A stretch of 64,000 bases of DNA from Anthoceros angustus (lineage: Eukaryota > Plantae > Anthocerotophyta), in NCBI GenBank assembly GCA_010909165.1, contig MU008174.1, forward strand, positions 868,001 to 932,000, in the 5' to 3' direction. Positions 10,663 through 22,436 of this stretch are shown piece after piece (the first letter of the stretch is position 1; each line of letters begins with the position of its first letter). The position numbers and the translations under genes were made by a program. The notes below the pieces were generated by a model. That model saw nothing but the letters and a program-made list of their open reading frames with translations. It ran no database searches and was not told the DNA's origin.

Positions 10663-11775
10663 AAGAAGAAGAAGAAGAAGAATTTTATTTAAGTCCACTA
10701 AGGACGGATTTCTGTCATGGGACTGATTTGTCATACATACAAAGAAGGGATAATGAAAATTTAACCGCTCTTCTGAATCTGGCCTGAGAACTAGTAACGT
10801 GAATCATTATGTGATGTCAGGTATGTTGAACTCTTGAAAATGTTGAGTCCGCTTCTGCCACATTTGCTTTAGGCAGACACCTACAGAAATAGGATCAGGA
10901 AAAGAGAAAAAGCGGCGAAGTGAAGATCGTGCTGTTGTAAATAGAGGGAAACTCCCCCGAATATCTTCATAGATGTGACAGAGGAACACAAAGTGTCCTT
11001 CAATCTCCACCCCCCTGTTGCATAACCTGCAGATTCTGGACTCCTTTGGTGGCTTAGGACGTAGCTATCTATCCATCTCAATCCTAAGACGGTGAGACCC
11101 GACACGAAGATGACCTATAATCATCCTTAATTTGAAAGACACAGGGGTGCGAAGGTATTGAGGGAGCACTGGTTTTCCAGAATTGGATAAAGTACGAAAA
11201 TACTGTTTATAAGTGTCAAGCCTAGGGGATAAGGGAGAGAGAGGAGACCAAGTATAGGACAAGTATGTAGTTTGCAAATCAAGGCGGATGGACTTATTTG
11301 GAGGACGTGGCAAGAATTGGAAAAGGGGATGGGCCGGAAGAATCTGGGGACAGAATCCAAATTTCTGCAGCCATGAGCAAGATTGCGCATACCAGCAAGT
11401 TTTATTTCCCAAGACGGCTAATTTCCGGGGGGACTGAAAAGCAAGAAGAAGGTATGAGGGAGGGGAGGTAGGATGATCCGAATGAGCTTCTTCCAATGAA
11501 CAGAGGCGGTAGAAGAAGTTAGTCAAGCGAAATAGACAATCCAGCTCAAGCGGGAATGTGGCAAACTCTGCTAGGAAGATGAGAAGGGGACAGACCTCTT
11601 GCACGCAATATGGGGACGGAGAAAGGATGTCTGAACCTCCTCCACGTTGCACCAATCATCGGGAGAGAGGTACGGTCCCAAAACTCCACTGCATACATAG
11701 CCGAAGGAATGACGACTGTGTTCAATAACCATTGCTGAGTGAGGATGTCCTTGATGTGCATCCGAGAGCACTAGA
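10663..11775 (-). mobile_element. 5'-truncated RTE/RTEX-like LINE 3' end
   Basis: Minus-strand ORF2 remnants VIPSAMYAVEFW, FPLELDCLFRL, LRVGSHRLRIEMDR and GHFVFLCHIYEDIR are homologous to the 36450-37700 region. The element ends in AAATAAAA followed by a (TTC)n tail. Confidence 0.85.
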
Positions 11776-11919
11776 CAAACTCAGTAGTTTGTACTCCAAT
11801 AGTTTGTACTCCAGCACACACAACCAGTGATTCAACATCTACTTAACTCCATAGACCAACAGTCACCATGGGCACTGAACACCTACCGGGCTCATAAACA
11901 TCGTGAACCCAGGACCAGA

Positions 11920-11992
11920 GGATATCTGAGTACCGTATCCCCGGATATCTGAGTACCGTATCCCCGGATATCTGAGTACCGTATCCCCGGAT
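11920..11992. repeat. 23-bp tandem repeat x3
   Basis: GGATATCTGAGTACCGTATCCCC repeated perfectly three times. Confidence 0.95.
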
Positions 11993-12689
11993 GAGAACCA
12001 TAACAGCACTGTGCAAGGGCTCCACAAACCCATCTCCCTGCTTTATCCTAAGGCCGCATGGGGTGGGAGCAGCAAACTTTGCAGGTGAGGATCAGCTGGA
12101 GGGTCCAAATCGTTTGTGGGCACGATGGCTCTGATTATATTTCACTACAGCCTGGTGTGGTGTAGTGATGCTTGGGTTGTGAAGTGTTTTGGAGGCAAGG
12201 AGAATTACGGATTGCCTTGCGAATCGGTTTTTAAATGGCAATCAGTCGGAAACTAACCCTGTTTTCAGCCATTGTATTATGGCCCATTGTCCATAATGTT
12301 GGTTAAACTTCTGGCAGATGCCGCAGCGGTAGCACAAAATTGCCATCAAGCAACAAATTGCTGACAATCAGTGACCCAAGCAAAGACTAGGAAATAGGAA
12401 ATTTCCGACCGACTGGACTGTAATAGGCTTCTTCATTCTTCTTCTTCTTCATGGTGTTCTAGAGATTCTCTAGAACACGAGATTCTGAAACAAAGTGAGC
12501 CAAGCAACGTCAGTATTCTTCGTAAGGGTCAACTAGGAAAGGCGAACTGTTAAGAACCGATCCTGTCCCAAATGACATCGCCACCAGCGACATAACCTGT
12601 TGCCAATGGAATCATCACATTGTGAAGAATCAGATTGCAATTGCCTCTGGCTGCACCAACCCATGCAAGAGCCATCCAACGAAGATCAA

Positions 12690-12900
12690 CATGGTCTCAA
12701 ATCCGAAGCCTCTCACCTCCATGACTCCGAGCACGTGTTCCTCGATCAACAAATCTAACGCGGTCTGGACGTTGTGGCGCGATTCCAATCGTTGAGCGCT
12801 TGAACGCAACCTTCTTGCACGCAGCTTCTGCTTGGAACGCATTGCTATCAATACCGAAGGCCGTTGAAGCCAGCAGAAGCTAAACGAAGGCCATGTCATG
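12690..12900 (-). pseudogene. Internally deleted DUF674 subfamily-A relic
   Basis: N-terminus MTWPSFSFCWLQRPSVLIAMRSKQKLRARRLRS, nearly identical to the copy at about 16.9 kb, is fused directly to the C-terminal motif TALDLL...VLGVMEV. Confidence 0.65.
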
Positions 12901-13121
12901 GCCGTTGCGGTACGGCGCGTGGCAGGCCTTAATGGCCTTGGGAATTGATGGGAATGCTGCCGCCTTGCGACATCTCCAGCAGCGTCTTATCAGAGTCATT
13001 AGCTCGACACACATGCCCAATAAGGAGAGGCATGCGTATGTAGGTGTTTTCTATCACGCTAGCCACGTATCTTACAGCCTCAGTCTCTGCATCATGCCAA
13101 AAGCAGAGGGACTTTCGACGA

Positions 13122-13991
13122 TTATGACGAGCTGGAGGTCCCGCCCCCAAACACGTCGTTCAGGACATTCCAAGAACAGAACGACCTCGAAAGCAGCATC
13201 AGAGCCTGCAGGAATTGACACTCAAAACCCGCGGTTACGGTTGCAAGTTGAACCCAATGGTAAGAAGGGCAAGTACAGATTAGAAGCGACATGCAAAACA
13301 GCGAATTACCTACCTCTTTGGCTCCCACATCAGCTTCGCAGCTCTCCAGCTCCCGCATGTTCAGTACCTCCAACTTGTTCAGCAGCTCAATACTCGTGAT
13401 AGTCGACACAGGCAAAATCTCCAAGGCATCTGTCACTATAAACGTTAGGTTCTTCTTCACAAATCCAGTCTTCCGTTGGGATGTGACCTGTTTTCCGATC
13501 GGCTCCTGGACCTCTGCCATCCAAACTTGTTCTGTCATACGGTTTCGGCACGAAGCACAATCGACACTGGCCGTAGCCATCCATGAGGTGGCACCAGGAC
13601 TTCTATGGACGTTGGTGCATCGGTAGTACAGCTGAGCGGCCTTCTCGCCATGACTGACATCCTGGCCAGCCTCCAGCTGCAGCAGCGATGCTTTCTTGAT
13701 ATGCTCGCTCGCCGCAGGAGTCAGCAAATCTGCTTTGTCAACATACAAAGCAGGATCGTCCAGCTTCCTCACACTGTCTGCAACGTTAGCAATGGCAGAC
13801 AGATTCCGGGAGATGTTGACGCCTGGCTTGCAGCTGGCCAACCGCGTCAAGATGGTCCCCACGGGCAGCACCAAGAAACTCAAAAGAAGATCCACAAAAT
13901 CCTTTCCGGCCTCCATGTAAAGCACGCGCTTGGTCCGCTTGTGCTTCAAGAGCCGCACCGTCATCTTGGGGCCACATTCCGACTCCTCCAT
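13122..13991 (-). CDS. DUF674 family protein, subfamily B (intact)
   Basis: MEESECGPKMTVRLLKH...LYMEAGKDFVDLLLSFLVLPVGTI...YYRC...CASC...MTEQVW...GFVKKNLTFIVTDALEILPVS...VGAKE, GT-AG intron 13206-13313, last exon ALMLLSRSFCSWNVLNDVF. Confidence 0.9.
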   Translation of the reverse strand: MEESECGPKMTVRLLKHKRTKRVLYMEAGKDFVDLLLSFLVLPVGTILTRLASCKPGVNISRNLSAIANVADSVRKLDDPALYVDKADLLTPAASEHIKKASLLQLEAGQDVSHGEKAAQLYYRCTNVHRSPGATSWMATASVDCASCRNRMTEQVWMAEVQEPIGKQVTSQRKTGFVKKNLTFIVTDALEILPVSTITSIELLNKLEVLNMRELESCEADVGAKEVGNSLFCMSLLICTCPSYHWVQLATVTAGFECQFLQALMLLSRSFCSWNVLNDVFGGGTSSSS

Positions 13992-14074
13992 CCTAGTGCC
14001 CACCAAGCGAGCGAGCGAGCCAGCCAGCAGTGCCCTGCAAACGAGCGAGCGAGCAAAGATACGTTTGCTTCGTC

Positions 14075-14090
14075 GCGCAGCATTTAATTT
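14075..14090 (-). promoter_or_regulatory. Conserved TATA-like core promoter motif of subfamily-B DUF674 genes
   Basis: AAATTAAATGCTGCGC (minus strand) is identical at 14075-14090, 22546-22561 and 28154-28169, about 85-160 bp upstream of the three intact ATGs. It is deleted upstream of the frameshifted copy at 32443. Confidence 0.55.
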
Positions 14091-14313
14091 TGTGCGAGGT
14101 GGAAGGAGATCGACATCACCTTGACTTCGGAACATCAAGCGTCGGAATTAGGAAGGACGTGTTGCCGGACGTTGGAAGGGTCGGCAAGAAGACCAAGCCC
14201 AAACGTCGCGAACGGCGGTGCGGCGAGCCGAGGTGTGATCGGTGGTAGAAGATTCGTCTGCGCGTCTCGTATAAAAGTTATAAATAAACCAAAGGGAAGC
14301 TTGCGCACCAAGT

Positions 14314-14911
14314 GCCCTATTAGCTCAGTTGGTCACCTTAGTTAGTTCCCCATGTCTCTCACCCTTCGCTCTTAGTTCCCCATGTCCTTCTCCCTTCGCT
14401 CTTTAATTGATCTTTAATTGATCAATTTCATGTCAGCTCTATCAGCTCTGGGTTAAGAGTGACCGCTGGCTAGAGCCAGCCCCTCCCGAGATCGTATTTG
14501 CAAGTTCTGTTCTTCTAATATGGAATATAAAATATATATTTTTATTTTATTACATCCTGGCCAAATACTCTATCTTGTTTAAGTGTGCAGGTTTTTCCTT
14601 GCAGCATTTTTTTTTCCTTTCATATTCTCAAGCTCTCTGCTCTGTCTTTCTAAGATGCTGGATCACAAGCTGTCCTTGCTTGGCCCCCTATAACTTTCTT
14701 GTCAATCCTCCGCCTTTTATTCTCCTTGCTTCTGTTTCTCTAGTTCAGATGTATGTATATGTACACCCTCCTTCATCCAATTTATGGCTGTACAAGTTCT
14801 GTCCCATGGTGGTTTTTCCACCCTAATGGACATAAATAAAGTTGTTGTTGTTGTTGTTAGAGCGTCGTGCTAATAACGCGAAGATCGCAGGATCGAAACC
14901 TGCATAGGCCT
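14314..14911 (+). pseudogene. tRNA-Ile(AAT) gene split by a LINE insertion
   Basis: The 5' part GCCCTATTAGCTCAGTTGGT (14314-14333) and the 3' part TAGAGCGTCGTGCTAATAACGCGAAGATCGCAGGATCGAAACCTGCATAGGCC (from 14858) rejoin to a 74-nt copy of the tRNA at 10019. Confidence 0.93.
14334..14857 (+). mobile_element. 5'-truncated RTE-like LINE 3' end with (GTT)n tail
   Basis: Aligns by eye to 37620-37985 (CTTCGCTCTTTAA, CAAGCTCTCTGCTCTG, GCTGTCCTTGCTTGGCCCC, GACATAAATAAA) and ends AATAAA-(GTT)6. Confidence 0.88.
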
Positions 14912-14989
14912 GCACATTGAAAATTTTGGAAGGAATGTCTATGTTGCTCTCCCCGCTTCGGGTAGTTTTGACTGAAGGAACACGTCTTT

Positions 14990-15990
14990 GTTCCTCTGCC
15001 CTCTTCGGGAAGTTTTCATCGAGGAATACTCTTGTTTTCCTCCCTCTGCCCTCACCGGGAAGTTTTGACCGAGGAATACTTTTGTCTTCCTCAGCACTCA
15101 AGGAAGTTGAGTTTGAGGAATACTTTTGATCTCAAAGAAGTTGAGACTTGAGGAATACTCTTGCTCTCAGGGAAGTTGAGACTTGAGGAATACTTTTGTT
15201 CTCAAGAAAGTTGAGACTTGAGGAATACTCTTGCTCTCATGGAAGTTGAGATTTGAGGAATACTCTTGTTCCAAGGAAGTTGAGACCGAGGAATACTTTT
15301 GTTTTCCTTTGGCCTTAGGGAAGTTTTGATTGAGAAATACTTTTATTCTCAGGGAAGTTTTGATTGAGAAATACTTTTATTCTCAGGGAAGTTTTGATTG
15401 AGAAATACTTTTGTTGTCAGGGAAGTTTTGATTGAGAAATACTTTTGTTCTCAGGGAAGTTTTGATTGAGAAATACTTTTGTTCTCAGGGAAGTTGAGGT
15501 CGAGGAATACATTTGTTTTCCTTTGGCCTTAGGGAAGTTGAGACCAGGAATACTTTTGTTTTCCTTTGGCCTTAGGGAAGTTTTGATTGAGAAATACTTT
15601 TATTCTCAGGGAAGTTTTGATTGAGAAATACTTTTATTCTCAGGGAAGTTTTGATTGAGAAATACTTTTGTTGTCAGGGAAGTTTTGATTGAGAAATACT
15701 TTTGTTCTCAGGGAAGTTTTGATTGAGAAATACTTTTGTTCTCAGGGAAGTTGAGGTCGAGGAATACATTTGTTTTCCTTTGGCCTTAGGGAAGTTGAGA
15801 CCGATGAATACTTTTGTTTTCCTTTGGCCTTAGGGAAGTTTTGATTGAGAAATACTTTTGTTCTCAAGGAAGTTTTGATTGGAAGTTGAGACTGAGGAAT
15901 ACCTTCATTCTCAGAAAATTGGAGAGTGGGGAATACTTTTGTTTTTCTCTATCCTTAAGGAACCTGAGATTGAGAAATACTTTTTTTCTT
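14990..15990. repeat. ~34-bp minisatellite with ~257-bp higher-order duplication
   Basis: The unit AGGGAAGTTTTGATTGAGAAATACTTTTGTTCTC and variants. The marker GTTTTCCTTTGGCCTTAGGG recurs at 15301, 15558 and 15816, and at 15515 and 15772. Both edges are degenerate. Confidence 0.92.
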
Positions 15991-16216
15991 TTGGAGAATT
16001 TAGAGACTTTATATAGATATTTCAAAGTATACAACGAAGTTTCTCATTGGGAGTTTTATCTTGGAGTAACCCCATAGTTTACAAAGATAGCTGATGCCGA
16101 TGTATGCTGGTACTGGGCAGCATCAGGTGCAGACAACGAAGCCTCTTCTCCTTCGTCGTGACTAGGCGGAGCCTTCACAGGCACAGGCTGATGTACAAAG
16201 AGGGTAGGTGATAACG

Positions 16217-16990
16217 TTAAAGGGGCTGCAGGTACTGTAAGTGCAGAACCGGCCTCCAAAGCCTCAGGGATGGCAGCAGTGACCGCGACGGACACAGGTG
16301 CCTGGTCACCCTCCTCGCACCGGCACACAGACCTAGCATCTGCAGATGCGGCTCCGCACATTCTTGGCAAGCTGTGACTTTGATGGTGATCAGCAGATGC
16401 GGGCGCTGCACGACGGCCATCAGCAGGTGCGGGTGCGGCGGCACGATGTGGTTGGCGCGGGGGCGGCTCCACATCCTGCCTCCACATTCCGCGCTCGATT
16501 GGATGTTGGCGATGCAGGCCCCGGGCATGCCGAACCCGTGTGCAGCCAGTGTGCTCAGCACGGTGCCCACTGGCAGCAGGAGGAGACTGAAGAGGAGGTC
16601 CAAGAAATCGTGGACGACTTCGAGGCAGAGGACCTCCCGTGTGCTCTTCCGGCACAGCGTCACGACGTCCATCCTTACACCTTCAGCGTCTGAGGCCATG
16701 GCCTTGGCTACGCTGCCTGCAGATTGTAGTCTGCTCTGCTCTCGACTGCAGCTGAACCTTCGACCCTGCTGGCAAGCTCTGCATGGGCCTGGAGCTTTGC
16801 GATTCTCGCTTAGGCCTTCCAATTCTTGCCACCTGAAGCTTCCACTGCGGTGAAATCTGCGTCCGGCAAAATCTGAGTCAGCCTGCTTTGAACGCAACCT
16901 TCTTGCACGCAGCTTCTGGTTTGAACGCACTGCTATCAATACCGAAGGTCGTTGAAGCCGGCATGAGCTAAACAAAGGCCATGCCATGGC
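16217..16990 (-). pseudogene. DUF674 subfamily-A pseudogene with N-terminal extension
   Basis: MAWPLFSSCRLQRPSVLIAVRSNQKLRARRLRS...VLCLEVVHDFLDLLFSLLLLPVGTVLSTLAAHG, after which similarity is lost by deletion or frameshift. Confidence 0.75.
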
Positions 16991-17850
16991 CGTTGCGGTA
17001 CGGCGAGTGGCAGGCCTTAATGGCCTTGGGAATTGGTAGGCGCCGCCTTGTGCCTTGATGACTGCGGTAACTAAGCCTGCAAATTTGTTGATCTCAAGGA
17101 TCCATCTGTCCAAACTCTGGACAGCTGATGGATCTGGCAGCACTCGCCAAGCACTGTGCTGTACCACACTTGTTACTTTAGTACGCAATATAGGATCTGT
17201 TAACCCTTCACAACACTTTGGAAAGGACAGCGAACTCGAATCCTAACACCAGAGTCGTCCAGAGTGCAAAATAGGTCTGTGACAGCTTATACATCTGACG
17301 GAGACTAGTGGACAAATGCAGCAAATGTTGCAACATCTCCAGCAGTGTCTCAGAGTCATAACATAGCTCGACACACATGCCCAGTACGAGAGGCATGCGT
17401 ATGTAGGTCTTTTCTATCACGCTAGCTAGCTCCTGATTTTCTAACCTTGCTCTCTCCTGTAATCTCAAGGATGCTGCACCACGTAATGCCATTGCAGCAA
17501 AAGGAACAGCAACTGCGGAAGGAAGGAAACCAACATCCGCAACTGCTAAGGACAAACTCTCACGATAAACGTGAAGTCTTCAGAACTTTCTCGATTACAT
17601 ACAGGGCACAACGAAGTCATAACCAGATACACATCTGTAAAGCGTAGACACAGTGTCCTGCTACTGTAAATCTCACTGGTACATCTGAAGGTTCTGACTT
17701 TGCTCTCTCCTGTACTCCCAAAGATTGTGCACCTTGGCATTGACAGCGGGACAGCAAAAAAGCCAAACCAAAACTGTTCCATGCAAAAATCTAACAAGCT
17801 CACAGCTTAGGTCGGCCACTCTCCACTGAGCAGCAAGCACAAGCTGGCCT

Positions 17851-18430
17851 TCAATCCTCAGTCTTCAAAGCAAAAGGACTTGCGAAGATTATGACGAGCT
17901 GGCCCTGGAGGGCCCAAACACCTCGCTCAGGATATTCCGAGAATTGAAGGACTTCGCCAGCAGCATCAAAGCCTGCAGGATTTGACACCCAAAATGAGTC
18001 AAGGTTGGCAAATGGATGATCCCAACGGGCGGAACGGAAGGTTGGGCATGCCAGATGCAGAGATCGAATTACCTCCGTGGCTCCAACGCAAACTTCGCAG
18101 CTCTCCAGCTCCCGCATGTTCTGAACCTCCAACTTGTTCGGCAGATTGAAACTCGTGACAGTCGACACAGGCGCAATCTCCAAAGCATCAGTCATGATGA
18201 AAAGGTTGAATTCTTCTTCACAAATCCAGCCTTGCGTTGGGATGCTACCTGGCGGTGGGATTCGGGACCTCTGTCATCCAAACCTGTACCGTCATTTGCT
18301 GGCTGCAAGTAGGAAATCGGCGGTCACTGCTATTGGACATCCAGATGCCAGAATAGTACGGTACACGGAAGCGTCGTAATTGTGTCCAGGTGAGACATTC
18401 GCACCGGTAGAGCGGGCTTCTCTTCATCCT
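17851..18430 (-). pseudogene. DUF674 subfamily-B 3' half, frameshifted
   Basis: LYRCEC...WMSNSSDRRFPTCSQQMTVQVW and MTDALEIAPVSTVTSFNLPNKLEVQNMRELESCEVCVGATEV lie in different frames; the 5' half is missing. Confidence 0.8.
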
Positions 18431-19139
18431 TGGCGACCCCAGCCTCCAGCCTCCAGCCGCGACAGAGCTATGCTCTCTTGCTATGCCCGCTCGCTACAGG
18501 AATCAGCAAACAATCCAATTTTCCTAAGAGCTGAGGATTCAGCCGGTACATCGCTAGGGTTACACTCTCGGTGGCAGATTGGGGATTGGGGAACACTGGG
18601 AACCGAACGCTGCAACGGTCTGGTCTCGCTATGGTATGGGAGAAGCAGCCATGTGGGATGGCTAGGTGGTGGGACCCACATGCTTTGGGAAGGCTGCTAT
18701 GTGAATTTGTGTGGAGATTTTCGCCCATGCCCACCCACTATGCAGGCTTGCAGGTCGCGTGCTTGGCACAGCAGCGTTTGCGTTTGCAGTATGTGCTAAT
18801 GAAAATCTGGTTGTAACATTATAAATCTGCTGCATTAAATTTCACACGTACCTACTTTAGATCAGCACACGATTTTGAACCATTTGCAGCCTTGTTCCCG
18901 TCATAAGAAGAAGTATATTAATATCCACTAATGTCCATAATGGGATTGATTTAATAGAGGTATTTAAAAAGTTTTGATATTTAATTACTAATATATTAAA
19001 TATTAGTGGTATGAAATATATCAAATATATAGTAGGTTGAAAAATTGAAATCACTTTATTCTAAAATTTCATATTTTTTTCAGAAATCTTGAAGGGAAGA
19101 AGAATTCCGAGCAATTATGAATAATTTGGGCAACCGAAG

Positions 19140-19385
19140 CATAGATGAACAAAGTGTTCTTGAGTCTCAACAATTCCTTTTTACATAACCTGCATATTTA
19201 TGTTAGATGGCCTTGGATGCAGCCATCTATCAATCTCCACCCCGAGATAGTGAGATCCCATATGAAGATGACTTACAATCATCTTAAGTTTAAAGAACAC
19301 ATTATTGCAAAGATACAACGGAAGCAAGAATCTCCCACACCTGGAGATTTCCGAAAAAATTACTTGTAAGTCTGGAGCCTACTTA
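19140..19385 (-). mobile_element. RTE-like LINE fragment
   Basis: DNA similarity to 10980-11160 (ACAAAGTG, TAACCTGCA, GTGAGA, AAGATGAC-ATAATCATC). Confidence 0.65.
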
Positions 19386-19990
19386 CCTGAAGAGATGGTG
19401 GATTGCAAAGTCATTGTGAACCATAACTACACATTGTTGCCAGGGCTTCCATCTGTCCAAGCAATGAACCAGATCTGGCTACTCACCAAACGCACTTTTA
19501 TTACTTAGATCTGCCTTCTACTATGCATAGACGATCGGAACACAGCAGTTCACAGCAGTTTGGGAAGTCCAGTGAACTGGAGTCCTAACACCAGAGTGGT
19601 GCAGATGGCAAATACAGATCATGGCAGCATATGGAGTCTAATGCACCACATGTTGCAACATCTCCTGCGTTATCTCAGAGTCACTAGGTCGACACAAATG
19701 CCCAATAACGAGATAAATGCGTATGGAGATGTATACTACCACGCTAGCTAGCTACTGATTTTCTAACCTTGCTCTCTCCTGTCCTCAAAGATTGTGCACC
19801 ACATCACATTGCCATTGCAGCAACAGCAACTGCGGAAGGAAGCAAACCAACATCCTATACTGTCATGAAAAACCTTTCACGATAAACATAACAGCTCGGC
19901 TTGGCCAATAAATCCAGTTCACAATAAGGCCATGCTGGCCTTCGAGCCTCAGTCTCTCTACTGGAAGCAGAGGGAGTAGAACGTCGGACG

Positions 19991-20800
19991 TCATGTTGGG
20001 CTGGAAGGTCTGAACAATTCGTTCAGGACGTTCTTGGAAGTGAAGGACACAAAACGCAGCTTCGGAACCTGCAGGAATTGGGGTTGACTAACCAGATACA
20101 TATCAATTTAAACAAGTCGAGGGATGATGGATTGGCTGCAACAGCAAGGGGAAAGCCTGAAACTTCAAGCAACTACACTACGTATGCCAGCATGCCAACA
20201 TCTGAGAAAGCAGGATTTCCAATACATCCGTGACGTACCTCTCCAACATGGGCTTCGCAGCTCTCCACCTCGAGCATCAGACCGAATGAAGGTCGCACTT
20301 TTCACAAATCCCGGCTTCCTCGCTGCTTCCACCTGGGGCCTGACAGATATGGTGCTACTCCGCGGCACCATTTCCGTATCTTGCATCCTCCAGCCACTGT
20401 CAGGGCAATCCCCGTCCAGACTCGTTGTTCTCCATTGAGCATCAGGCCTGCAGTACGAACGCTTGTCGAAGACCGGTTTCACCACAACAGTTGAAGCTCT
20501 GTCGGAGGATGTGGAGCTCGAGAGCCGTGCACCCAGCTGCATTGCTATCGACACCATCTGCAGCCCAACGTGCTCACTGGGGGCAGGATTAAGGAGATGG
20601 CTCTTGGGCACATGCTGAGCAGAGTCATCCAGCTGCTTCTCCACACTCTGTGCAACGTTGGGCATGGCGCCCAGAGCTCCACACCGCCCGTGTGCACCCA
20701 ATTTACTCAAGGTGTTGCCCAAGGGCAGGAGCAGGCAGCTCAGCAGCAGGTCCAAGAAGTCCTTGCCGGCTTCCAGGTCCTGTGACGCAACATCGTCCTT
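19991..20800 (-). pseudogene. DUF674 subfamily-A pseudogene
   Basis: LEAGKDFLDLLLSCLLLPLGNTLSKLGAHG...HLLNPAPSEHV...RKPGFVKSATFI then a frameshift; last exon VPKLRFVSFTSKNVLNELF. Confidence 0.78.
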
Positions 20801-21568
20801 CAGTGAGTCTTTGCGTGGGCGAGGCACAAGTGGATGCAACGCCGAGCGTGATCGACCGGGAGAAGATCCTGAGTCAGGATCCAGCCGCCCTCAGCACGCC
20901 TAATGTCTGCCTGTCTGCCGCACGCGTAATTAGCCAACTCATTGTTGATCTCAAGAACCAAATTCCGTCGAAACTCTGGTGGCCCGACAGCGCTTCACCC
21001 GCGCTTTTCCATTGCAATAAAAAAACCACGGTTGGTATCCAGACACTGTGCGATGTGATACTATGCAGTACACCAGGAAGATCGATAAGCACGTGTGTGT
21101 ATGCACGCTTGCTGGAATGCAGCAGTTTTTCAGAATATTCAGAACTTTGCTCATGCTCAACTGAAAACAAAGCATCAATTGGAAGCTAGCTGTACGCTGA
21201 AAAACTACAAACAAAGCACATCGACGACATAAGCTCTCTGTAGGCACTTGCCAACAGATAGAACACATTCTAGATACAAACGTGTAGGTATAGTATCCTA
21301 GTATTAATTCCCCGCTGACGTTTCTTAAGGTTCTCACCTTGCTCTCTCCTTACCCTCAAAGATTGTGCACCTTGGCATTGCTATTTCATACAGCGACAGC
21401 AGCCAAACCAAACCAAAACTGTTCCATGCAAAAAACCTGTTCCAAGCCAAGCTGTTAGCCTACCAGGCTAACAGCTTGGCTTGGCCACTTTCCACTGAGC
21501 AGCAAGCACATGCTGCTCTTGTAGCCTCAGTCTCTGCACCATGCCAAAAGCAGAGGGACTTGCAACGG

Positions 21569-22436
21569 TTACGATGAGCTGGTCGTAGATTCGGAGGGCC
21601 CGTTCCCAAACACATCGTTCAGGACGTTCCAAGAACAGAACGACTGTGAAAGTAGCATCAGAGCCTGCAGGAATTGGCACTCAGAATGGGCTAAGGTTTG
21701 CAATTTGATGAACCCAATAGGCAAAGGAGCAAGTACAGATTAGAAGCGGAATGCAAGGCAGAGGTCGAAGTACCTCTTTGACTCCCACATCAGCATCGCA
21801 GCTCTCCAGCTCCCGCATGTTCTGTACCTCCAACGTGTTCAGAAGTTGAATAATCGTGATAGTCGACACAGGCAAAATCTCCAAGGCATCGGTCACCATG
21901 AAGGATAGATTCTTCTTCACAAATCCTGTCTTCCGATGTGATACGACGCATTCGCTCGACTTCCGGACATCGGCCAGCCAAACTTCCTCTGTCATAGACA
22001 GTTTTCGGCAAGAGGGACAATACTGGGAACTGCTTCTAGAGATCCATACGCTGCACCGGCCATCTCTGCACCGGTAGTACAGCTGAGCGGGCGTCTCGCC
22101 GTCTCTGTCCCCAGCCTCCAGCTGCAGCAGCGACGCTTTCTTGATATGCTCGCTCGCAGTCGGAGTCAGCAAATCTGATTTCTCAACATACAAAGCAGGC
22201 TCCTCCAACTTCCTCACGCTGTCTGCAACGTTAGCGATGGAAGCAAGACTCCTGGAAATGTTGAAATCCGGCTTGCAGCTGGCCAATCGCGTCAAGATGG
22301 TCCCCACGGGCAGCACCAAGAAGCTCAAAAGAAGATCCACAAAATCCTTGCCGGCCTCCATGTAAAGCACGCGCTTGGTCCGCTTGTGCTTCAAGAGCCT
22401 CACCGTCATCTTGGGGCCACATTCCGACTCCTCCAT
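21569..22436 (-). CDS. DUF674 family protein, subfamily B (intact)
   Basis: Close paralog of 13122-13991 with the loop YYRCRDGRCSVWISRSSSQYCPSCRKLSMTEEVW; GT-AG intron 21665-21773; stop TAA at 21569. Confidence 0.9.

Noticed and set aside
15000-15990. CRISPR-like appearance of the 34-bp, 36-bp, 23-bp and 24-bp repeats
   Set aside because: Units are directly adjacent with no unique spacers, there are no cas genes, and the context is eukaryotic.
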